Positions 53,601-64,000 of a stretch of DNA of 64,000 bases are shown in pieces (the first letter of the stretch is position 1; each line of letters begins with the position of its first letter). The translations under genes and the position numbers were made by a program. The notes under the pieces are model-generated. The model did not search any database. It had not been told where the DNA came from and saw nothing but the letters and a program-made list of their open reading frames with translations. Source of the stretch: Yuukianura sp. NJ FZ-2021 (Eukaryota); assembly GCA_046563655.1 (NCBI GenBank), contig CM102290.1, forward strand, positions 7,378,001 through 7,442,000, in the 5' to 3' direction.

Positions 53601-56600
53601 AACACGGGAAGTCCTGGACTCATTGGTCTCCTGGTTGATGAACACAATATCTCCCTCATTAATCAAACTCTAAGGACACTAACTGAGTTTTGCCAAGGCC
53701 CGTGTCTAGAAAATCAGAATACGCTGATTCTGCATGAGTCAAATGCCATTGACATTGTAACAACTTTTGTGGCTCACGATATCATTCCTTTGAGTAAGCG
53801 AAGAATGGACCTTGTCATGGAACTCAAAAATCATGCTAGCAAACTAGTGTTGTCACTTATGGAGAGCAAGGATGGAATTGAAAAGTTTGAAAATATTAGT
53901 AAAATGAATATTCGAAATATGGTAAGATTCGCTGAAATTGTTTGGAATAGTTTCGATTTGTTGAAGTTTTAGTTAAAATTTATTTTATTTCTTCAAATTA
54001 GATTGAAATGATCGGAAAAGCATACAGTTCTGACAGAGATTCATACGTGGAGCAAATGCGTGGCAGTGCTGTCGTTGCTAAACAGGTAATGCCGCTACTT
54101 TGTCACATTATATGAATTTAAGTGATAAAATGGTGAAAAATTTTCAATTAGTAATCAGAATTTTTTTTTTAACTTGTTGAACTTGAACAGGTAGGTCATG
54201 CTCTTTATATCCTATGTCATCAGCTAGGACAACATGACAAGGCAGTGCAGCAGGAACTCGACAACGCTGAAAATAAGTTGAACTTGAATGCGGATGCTGT
54301 CAAATACTACAGTCAACGTACAGCTCAGATTGAGGTAAAATGAAACAAAAGCAAAGTTAATCAAATAGGATAAACACTTTTATGAGTTTTGATTCTCTTT
54401 TTTTTTCTTGGAAATTTTCCGGTTTCTTGATAATTAGATTGTGAGGACGCATGACGATGATGACAGTGGAACCTTGGAGAAAGTTGTTTTCCCCATTCCC
54501 TCCGTTTGTGGCTTCTTGACGAAAGATACGCGGGACCGTGTTTTTCGGTACACTGAAGATGATGAGAAGGGGTCCAAGGTTACCAACTTTTTTGAGCAAC
54601 GTGAAGCTCTGTTCTATGAAATGGACTGGCAGCGACAACTGAGACGTAAAGCACTCCCGTCAAACCAATTTTCGGCAGCTTTTTTGAATTTTGAAAATTT
54701 CTGAACTTTTATGACAGATCGTCCCGTTCTCTTTGCTTGTTCTCTCTATGAGCCATTTTTGGGAAACATGGTGTTCAGTATGGTGGTAATGATAAACATT
54801 GTAGTCGCTCTTGGATATCCGTTTTCACGCGAAGACAACGAAGGTACTAAAAAATATCAAATTGAATAAGAAAAAGTTTGTTCTTTTTTACAAATTTTTT
54901 GGAAAAGTCAAAGAAACATGAATGTTTTTGGGAACTTTCTTTTTCGAAAAAGTTTAAAAGAATGAAAACTTTGAGTTTAGTTAAACGGAATACCAATGAA
55001 CGGTGGAGGCTATTTAATTTTTTCAGAGAAGCGAGTGTCATTTTCTATGCTCTTAACTTTCACCACATGTTTTCAATTTGTCGAAATCATTCAAGTGACC
55101 TTTGGTTTATTTTTGTAGGTCACACATCTCACTGGGGAACTATTCTTGGAATACTTATTTTGATGTGTGGTCAAATCCAGTTTAGAAAATCAGACGAAGC
55201 ACAAGCCAATATCTCCCTGATTATTCTTATTATTATTGCACTGGCGGGTCCGGATCACGCAATCCACATCCTCGGTTTTATTACGGTAATTGATGTTCTA
55301 ATGACTACTAAGTGACTTCCATTTGGAATCGTAATAGTAATGGGTTGTCCCAGGTTCTTCTCAAAGGACTCCATATTGTATCTCATCAGTGTCGAAGTGG
55401 AATGTTTCTACGACCAAAACAAGAGGTCATCATGGACACGGAATTTCTCTATCACAATTTCTTTGGTCTCTGTTGTCTCCTTGGATTGGCCATACATCCA
55501 TTCTTCTACGCTGTTCTGGTAAACCCATGTTTTAACTTTTACGCAAAATGCTTAGCATCTCACCTTAATTGAAAACTAAACAAACATCAAAACGACTTTT
55601 TTCACGTTTATTTCCGGTCCTCAAGCGCTCCAAAGCTCCTGGAAATATTAATTTGTTTTTTTTTTCCTCTTGAAAGTGAGACAAATTACCTGGCACAAAT
55701 TATGATGAATGGCAATTAATCTTAATTGCGTTTCTCAATGCTCCAACTTCATGCCACCCACCGCCGTAATTTATTAGAGCTTGAATTGCCCATCTTGAAA
55801 TGTCTCAGAACTTGAAGTTAGTTTTGAGAAAATTGTTTATGATAAGTAGGATTGTTTTCAAAATGCTTGAGGCCCGGAGAAAGCTTTTCGTTACTTCCAA
55901 CTTTCAAGATATGAATCCCTACGCACATGCTTTGCTCTGAAAGCGACTTTTGAATGCTTTCTGACTTGGTCTACTCTAAAATGTTAATCAAAGGAATCCG
56001 AGGTAGAAGAGCACTAAAAGTACTTTTGTGAATTTTGTTTCAGCTCTTTGATGTTGCCTACCAGGAAGAAACGCTGCTAAATGTCATACGATCTGTTACA
56101 AGAAATGGGCGATCCATTATATTCACTGCCATCCTTGGAATTATTCTCGTCTACATCTTCTCCATTGTGGGCTACGTCTACTTCAAAAACGACTTCTATG
56201 TCGAGGTGGACATGATTAATACAACAGGTGAAGTGTTATATGTTGTGTATTCTTCCTGTTCCGTCGTTCCGTGGGCGTGTTGTTTCGTGGGTTTCAATGT
56301 TTTCTTGTTGGTTTTGAATTTTTTAGACCTGGGTAACTTTTTAGAGTCGGCGGAAGAGGTCAAGGAAAGTGTTTGCGACACACTGCTCATGTGCATTGTA
56401 ACGACGCTGAACCAGGGATTGCGGAATGGCGGTGGAATTGGAGACGTGCTTAGATCTCCGAGCAAAGAAGTAACATTTTTTTAAATTGATTCTGAAACTT
56501 TAGTGAAGAACTGAATTCGTTTTTTCGAGCATCTTCTTAAATGTTGACTTTTCCTAATTGAAATGCTACTAAATTCCAGGAACCACTTTACTCTGTTCGT

Positions 56601-57725
56601 GTATTCTACGATTTACTGTTCTACTTCATCGTCATTGTCATTCTACTTAACTTGATTTTTGGTGTGATCATTGACACTTTTGCCGACTTGAGAAGCGAGA
56701 AGCAACATCATGAAGACACTCTACGGAACACTTGCTTCATTTGTGGTAAGTATTTTCAATCAAAGTCATTTAAAATCGAAATTAAAAACTTTGGCTAATC
56801 GATGTTCTTTTTCAGGTCTTAATCGATCTGCTTTTGACAACAAAAGTGTTACGTTTGAGCATCATATTAAAAAAGAACACAATATCTTCCACTATCTCTA
56901 CTTTTTGGTGCTGCTCAAAGAAAAAGATCAAACAGAGTTCACTGGGGCTGAATGCTATGTTTCAAGAGCGCTCAAGGTAAAAGTAGAAAGTAACAGTTTA
57001 AAAAAAACGAAATTTTGAACAGGATTTAGAAGTTTTTAAAAATTTATGAAGCGAACACTTTGAGTAGTCGTTGGTTCAATGCAATTTAAGCACAATCGGC
57101 AAAGGTCCACTGCACTTTTTGTAAATTTTCTCCAAATACTGGAGAAAGTGAAAAGGTTTTCGCTTTTGCTTTCTCCTGACTTTTTCCAACAGGAGTCTCA
57201 TTTCCCTTGCATAGACTTTCTTCCATTAGACACAGTCGTCCTTTGTGACTGACTAGAGTCTGAAAAAGCTAAGAATAGGCAGAAATTGCATATCCCTCCA
57301 CATTTCTACATCTCCTACCTTCTGAATTTTTATCAAAAGGAAAAATTTCAATGACTGAGGAATTCTTTTTTCTCTTTTTCCAGGAAAAGAATCTGGATTG
57401 GTTCCCACGACTTAGAACGAGTTCTTTGTTGGAAACGGTGAAAGAAGATTCAGAAGTTGAAATCAAGAAGCTTTCGACTCTTCTTGAAGATACAAAGAAT
57501 GACCTCAAAAATGTTTGCGGAGAAATGAAGACGCTTAGTAAAACTGTGAGTTTGAAAAAAATGTGACGAATGCTTTAAAAACTTTCAAACTTTAAATCAA
57601 TTTTTCTGAATTTTTGGATTCTGTTTTGCTAATTTCAGGTTAAGCTGCAAATGATCAAGAAACAACGAGGAACTTTGCGACGACCAGAAGCAAAAGTAGT
57701 GTCTATGCACACAACGAATTTGTAA
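44686..57725 (+). CDS. ITPR: Inositol 1,4,5-trisphosphate receptor, divergent; ~48 exons, roughly 2,600 aa by manual exon summation
   Basis: N-terminus [42 protein letters not shown] region [43 protein letters not shown], followed by [43 protein letters not shown] and [13 protein letters not shown]. Pore [14 protein letters not shown]6 [19 protein letters not shown] and the CFICG..H..KEH zinc finger are present. Stop TAA at 57723-57725. Confidence 0.95.
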
Positions 57726-58188
57726 TGAATTTCCTGAAATGTGCCTTATATCGTAAGAGAACTTCATAATGTTATTTACGTACTGCCTGTCGTCTTCCCA
57801 CTGAGTCTGGCTCATAGCCCAACTGCAACTTAATTTGTAAAAAAAAAAAGAACGAAAAGCTTGTTCAAAAAATGTGCCTTATCACAATTCCAATGAAAAT
57901 ACTTCAGTCTACACAATCATTTATATACTTTTAAGAAATTCTTGAATCAACGATGGACCAATTGAAGACTAATAAGAGTGGCTAATAATTTATTTTCTAT
58001 TTTGCAAGTATCTAGACTCACCGACGACAAAAATTAGACCTTTCTTTGTGATAACGTGTTTGCCTCAATGTTCCAACCGTAACTCTTCCGGCAGGTCAAA
58101 GGTTAACTACTGAGATTGTGAGAAAAGTCTTTCAAAGTGGTCATTAACCAAGGTACATCTTGTGTTTAGGTGTGTTTTAACTTCTGCT

Positions 58189-61100
58189 TCAGTCAGCCGG
58201 GGTAATGGAAATTGTTGTGACATTGTTGGACGGTAAAAAGTGATGATGTTGGATGGGGGAGACGACGGAAGTAGATGGCGTCATTCCACTAAACAGTCCC
58301 ATCCCACCAAATCCGGAAGCTGAAGGACTTCCAGTGAAAACGTTACTGCTGACCTTAGTTTCCAGTGACTCTCTGGACGTTGACCTCCGTGTGGCTGATG
58401 GTCTCTGCCAGATCGAGTCGTCGTTACAACCTTCTAGCCAGTACGTGACCGTAGTTCCCTTTCCTTTGAGAACAACCTGGAACAAACATGTCCAAAACAG
58501 GTATATTTACCTCCGCAGCCCCCCTTGTCTATCCCAAGAACCTTCAGACTTACTTCTCCACGACGAACAATGTTAAATCCACCAACTTGCCACAAGGCTT
58601 TGGCTGTGGCTTCACTTATATGGATTTTGAGGGCTGTGAATGGCAGCAACGGAAAGGAAAGGAAAAAGTCGAGAAAGTTTGGTTTTGAAACAGAAAAAAA
58701 GACATTTCGGTGGAAGAGGGAGCTTAAATTTTGAAAAGGTTTGAAATAAATACTTACGTAATCCAGAAGACTCCATTCTAGAGGCAGTGTTTACTGTATC
58801 TCCAAATAGGCAGTACCTAGGCATCCTATGACCAACACATCCAGCACAAACTGGACCTTTTGGAAAATTGACCAAAACGAAGAAAAATTTTTGAAGTACT
58901 TTTGTTTGAAGTACAAACATAACTGAACTGAAGAAAGAATTTGGACTTTTCAGAGCTTTTATTTTATGTACCTGTGTGAATTCCGATGCGGATTTTCAAT
59001 TGTTCTTCAGGAAGGTGTGTAATCACAAAATTTTTGACAGCATCCAATATACTGAAAGCGAGGCAGGCAATTTCAGTGACATGTCGCTCATCATTTCGAG
59101 TTGGACATCCACTGACGACCAAATAGGCGTCTCCAATTGTCTCAATTTTGTATGCATCGTAGGCATCCAAAATCCCATCAAAGCAGCCAAAAAGTTGATT
59201 CAAAAAATCTACAACTTGAATAGGTGTAGATTTGGTACAAATGCTTGTAAAACCAACGACGTCGCTAAAGTAAATTGTTACGGCGTCAAATGACTCTGGT
59301 ACCACTGTTTCGCCCCGGAGAAGTTGATCTGCAACTTGTCTACGTACAACAAAATTTCAAAAAAAAAAATTGAAATGATTTGATAATTCAACCAGGAAGA
59401 TTACAAAGAAAAAAACTGAAAATTAGACTAGGAGTCCGCAATGTTTATGGTAACAAAGTGTACCTAGGAAGAAGTTGAAAAAGTAAATCCTCGGAGCGTC
59501 TCTTCTCTTGTGCCAATTCCCGTGTTTTGTCATCAACAAGAGTTTCTAGATGTGTAGCATGCTGTTCCAGTCGACGCAGAAGATCATCTACAAGATTCAG
59601 TGTTCCAGCCCCTTTCATGAATTTCTTAAGACTTTGTTTAATAGCTGAGAAATCTGGCCGTTCGTCTGGATTCTCTGCCCAGCACTGTTGAATTAACGAA
59701 GTAATTCCTGGACAAGAGTGGTCATCCTCCGGTAACTGCGGTCGGAATGGCGGGAGTCTGTTTGACTCTACACGGTTAATCACCTCTGTTGTGTTAAGAA
59801 CAAAAACAAACTTCAACTCTAAACTTTCCAAAATCTTCTACACTTTTCATCCAAGAAACTCTGAAACGCTTTTTCCACAAGGGAGAAAGTAGGTGAAACG
59901 ACTTGAGAATAATATTAGTGTTGTATAATGAAGCTAGCTTTAGAAGACCCCGATTTTTGTTATGTTAGGTTAAGTTAAGTTTGGTTTTTACCCTCTGGAG
60001 AAAGGGCGTTAATGCCAGAGTGGAGAACAGATGAATAGGGTAGGGAGCGTGTTTTCACTTCGTACAGAATGATTCCAAAACTGTAGACATCGCCCTTAGT
60101 AGAGGCGTGACGCCCCGGAGACCTTGACAGCAGTTCTGGAGCAATCCAGAATTTTTCTACACAAACAAGAAAAAGAGAAAGCAGAAATCTGTGTTAAAAC
60201 CTTTGGGACAACTTTGGGTAAAGAGGGTTTAAGGAAAATTGGATTTTTTTTTGGTGAAAGTGAAACTTACTAATAAAATAGTCTGTATCTTGCTTCTCCG
60301 GTTTTTGAAGAGAGTACAAAGTATTAAGACCAAAATCGTTAATTTTTACGACAAATCTGGCATCTACCAGGCACTTCATTGATGAAAGTTGACCATGGGT
60401 CAGTTGATACGAGTGTAAATATGCCATTCCCTATGGAGAGAGTCACATATTTTGAAGAAAAAAAAATTGTAGATACAAAATGAGAAAAAGTTTTTGTAAA
60501 GCAAGTTAGAAGGAATTGAAAGCTTTGAAAAAAGTGATGCAAATAAATTTTTAACTTCTTAGTAAAAAGTTCATGTTTGACCTCAGCTATGATGTTAAGT
60601 TTAGATTTCTCACTTAGGTGAGGACAATGACTTCCGTTTTGAATAGTAATCAAAAAATGTGCCTACGTTAACTATGTCTGAGATGAGGGAGAGTCGGAAA
60701 GGCCAATCTAGATGTATGTGGATGTTGCTGAGGACGTCCCGAAGTGATCCTCGAGAACAGTATTCTGTAAGGACCAAAATTTGATCCCATTTCTCCGAAC
60801 TACTTCTCGTGTCTGATGAATTGAGACAGAGGCCAATGAGGCGTGAAATGTTTTCGTGTTGAATGTCTTTGGCTTGTCGAATTTCTGAAATAATTTGTTT
60901 AGTAAATTCAATTCTTTTGCATAAAATCAGTTTCCGAACGGCAACTTGGGTCCCTTTGTGAAGAGCCGTTGGAGCAAAAGTGCCCTGCGTCCGAGTCCCT
61001 CCAGCTCCAATGGAAAGTGACCCACACGAACTTTCTTTCTCGTCCACCGCCGTACGGGATTTGAGCTCTCCAGTTTCGAAAAGCAGTTCTTCTGTCCAGA

Positions 61101-63292
61101 TTCGCCATCTTGTGCTGCTAGCTGCTTCTACATCGCGCATGTGTCTGATAAGAATGTCATCCATTGCAGTATTCAGCTACAAAACTGGACCTAGGCTATT
61201 TAGAATAGCATAACTTGTACCTGTAGATGTAGAGGACGACGCCAGTGGCAAGGAGAATGAAGACGATGATGATAGATGTGAGGTAAGGGAGGATGCTAGT
61301 CCCTTCGCGCTGCTTGAGACACTCTGGATCTGAATCTAAGAAGCCACAAACTGGTACATCCGGCGGTGGACCACGAGCGTTTGGCCATCGAATCTTGGCA
61401 CCAGCCAGTTCTTTGAGACCTTGTTTGGCAGAGTAGAAGGCCACAGTCTTAAACGTTGAAAACAAAAACAATAATAAAACGCTCGCTCGATTTGAGAAAA
61501 AATCTTTTGTTTGAAAACTACCTCAAAGTGACCTGTGATTGGATTCATATCCAGGATGGCGTAGTCAGCATTTCGGTCTCCGTTTTCATCAATGTCCACG
61601 TTCTCGGTCATTCCTAAGCCCAAAAGTCATTTCATAAGTTGGAGGCTTCCAGGAAGCTGGATGGAAGAAGTTATTGAATGTGACAGATTTTGGCTTAACC
61701 TACCCTTAAACGTTCTGTTCCACATCCGAAGAGCAATTGCTTTTCCATCTGTCAGGGATTCATTTTTGGACAGAGTCTCATTCAGTGATATTCCAAGAAG
61801 AATGACGCCGTCATAAAAAGCACCCGCAAAAAAATTTACCTAAAAAATCAATTTTTCTCAGCTTTCTTAAAAAAATCATCTATTCAAAGTTCTTACTTCT
61901 TCGTCATTTCGGAAAGTGTAGTTATAGTCTCTGGAAGCTTTGAGTCTCACTTGTTCTGTAAAATTTCTCCATAGGGGTGATTTTGGAATCAACAGAGAAA
62001 TTGTTAAGAGAGATTCGTAGGCTACTTTCGCCTCGTAGTCAGTGTTATCGTCACCCGTTTGCCAGTAATTAGTCTCACTTGGTTTGTTCTAAAACCAAAC
62101 TATTGTTGAGCAATGTAAGAAAATTTGACATTTTTAAAAAATTGTCGTTTTTTTTTTAAATTATGACCTTGAAAAGCTCAATGTCTAAAAACGCCCAGTC
62201 TCCATTTGTAAGCCCGTTTCGGTAGGCTTTGATCATAAATTCTCGAACTAAATTTTCTTGCAGGCTTAAAATCACAACTAACCAAATCGTACCAACAAAT
62301 TAAAATTTTTGAAATCGTGAATTTTGGTTTTTTGTGCTTACTTCTCGCATGTTGTTTCATTTCGGAAATTGCATGTTCCATTTCAATTGCCACATGACCA
62401 TCGATATCATGTGCAAAAACTTCATAGCCAAACTCCTTCATTCCGTTGATGACTGTCCGGCCTTTTAAAATTCGTCAATGCTGTAACCTCTTCTTAACTT
62501 AAAATTTCTCAAGGCGTCTCGTCACTCACCGACAGTGAAAGAAAAAAGATCCGTTCGGTCATAAACTACTGCCAAATGCTTCCAGTTGTACTTGCGACAG
62601 ATACTGTGGAATACCAGTTTGAGTCTACACTGGCAGTAACTCAGTCTAGTGAGGGTTGAAAATTTGGACTTGTCACCAAACACACCCTAAAGGTACACAT
62701 CATAAAAATCACCTAGCTTTTGCAATTTCTTTGGAATCATAAATTTTTGCAACGCAACGCTTCTGAGAAGTGACACATTTTGTAGACAACAATTTAAAAA
62801 ATTTTTATACGAACCTTGCTATTATTGACATCCATTTGATGTCCCAGGAGACGATCACCACTTATTTCACTTTCAGTTGACGGCGGCTGGATAAGAGCAA
62901 GTTATTAAAAATTGGAAAAAAACGTTAAGTTTAAAAAAACGTACAACAAAAAAGGATTTTTTTTAGAAACTGATAAAATTATTGAGTTTTACGTTTAAAA
63001 AAAAGCAAAAATAACTAATAAACATTTTGAGTCTTTCACCTGATCTCCCAACCCCGTTACAATCTAAAGCAAATCATACTACAGATAAGTATGTAATTTT
63101 AGAAATTTGAAAATTTTTGGAAAAAGTGCTTAGTGTTTTATTAAAATTACAGGTATGTTCCAATAGGCAGCTAATCGTGCCACAGGCGACAACGCAAATC
63201 CACATGAAGGACCAATGAACGCAATAACGTTTGAGATAAACTTCATGTCAGCGGCCTTTCCTCCTGTTAAACTATCATCACAACTGGGGTAA
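58189..63292 (-). CDS. Receptor (membrane) guanylyl cyclase, natriuretic-peptide-receptor-like; 5' end lies outside the window
   Basis: Extracellular ANF-receptor-type segment [36 protein letters not shown], then [12 protein letters not shown] and [11 protein letters not shown] segment [24 protein letters not shown], kinase-homology domain ([32 protein letters not shown]) and coiled coil. Cyclase domain has [22 protein letters not shown] and [19 protein letters not shown] (GTP-specifying E and C). Confidence 0.93.
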
Positions 63293-64000
63293 CTGCAGTA
63301 AAAATAAATAAGAACAAACTGAATTTCAATCTTGATTCCACAAATTTGTTATGACGCATTTTCCAATTTCTAAGAATTTCCATTCTACTGGCTCACTGCT
63401 AAGCTTTAAGTGAGTCTGAATTAATCAGTGAAGATGGGATTGAGTGTTTCAGAAGAAAACGGGCAAAGCCTAGTGAAAGCTGCATGGAATTTGCATGCAT
63501 TACAATAACAAACATTCTCATTCAAACTGCCTCAAATTCTGGAATCTAGTTTTTCAAATCAGAAGAAAGCATAGGAAGCATTGAAAGTTTTGTTGTCAAT
63601 TCCTTTCGGATAAGTTCCATTGTTTAGAGTTTCAATAAACTACCATGATGCTATAACGAGTGCAGTTTGATGGAATACCAAACAAACCTAAAATTGAAGC
63701 TCTCCAGCAATAAGATGCTGCTGGAACCACTTTCGATTATATAAATTTTCAAACAGCGCTGCATACTAAGTTAGGATTATCTTCTAAATTTCAGTGTTGA
63801 GAGTAGGCAGGGATGCTATGTCACACTTCAAAATGCCCTTAAGCCACCCACTTACTTGGAGGTGCAAAGTATCGCAGAAACATTGATTTTAAGTATGCAA
63901 CAGGTGGAAAATTCTGCGAAGTCATCAAGACTGCTGGAAGCGATCAATCTCTTTCAGTGAAAGTGCTTTCACTACTAATTTCAGTATTTTATGTAACAAA

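Noticed and set aside
45931..56465. Antisense ORFs overlapping ITPR exons, and similar ones over ACAD8, REPS and the guanylyl cyclase
   Set aside because: They are shadow ORFs on the opposite strand of real coding exons, with no independent evidence.
58477..58553. Apparent duplicated VSLK/VVLK in the cyclase C-terminus
   Set aside because: VSLK is just the translation of the intron start gtaagtctgaag. Splicing at GAA|gtaagt gives the normal RRGEVVLKGKG.

Overview
AT-rich eukaryotic (metazoan, arthropod-like) genomic DNA with many short (~60-90 nt) GT-AG introns, so most entries in the ORF track are exon fragments or noise. Bases 1-29.7 kb are almost entirely non-coding. They look like the long intron/5' region of a minus-strand gene, of which one or two candidate coding exons are visible at 38-167 and 770-813. 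Bases 30-64 kb are gene-dense: a divergent Zucchini/MitoPLD (PLD6) homolog (+), a REPS-type EH-domain protein (-), isobutyryl-CoA dehydrogenase ACAD8 (+), a full-length but unusually divergent ~48-exon IP3 receptor (+), and the 3' part of a receptor guanylyl cyclase (-). Several non-autonomous DNA transposons have readable TIRs and TSDs (Mutator/foldback-like, two hAT-like, one Merlin-like), and there is an intronic foldback and Helitron-like fragments. The main leads are a Zucchini lacking the zinc wing, a divergent IP3R that keeps its ligand, Ca2+ and pore residues, and TE-borne plus intronic nuclear-receptor DR1 arrays. I found no clearly new multi-gene system. Exon boundaries were read by eye and no database search was run.
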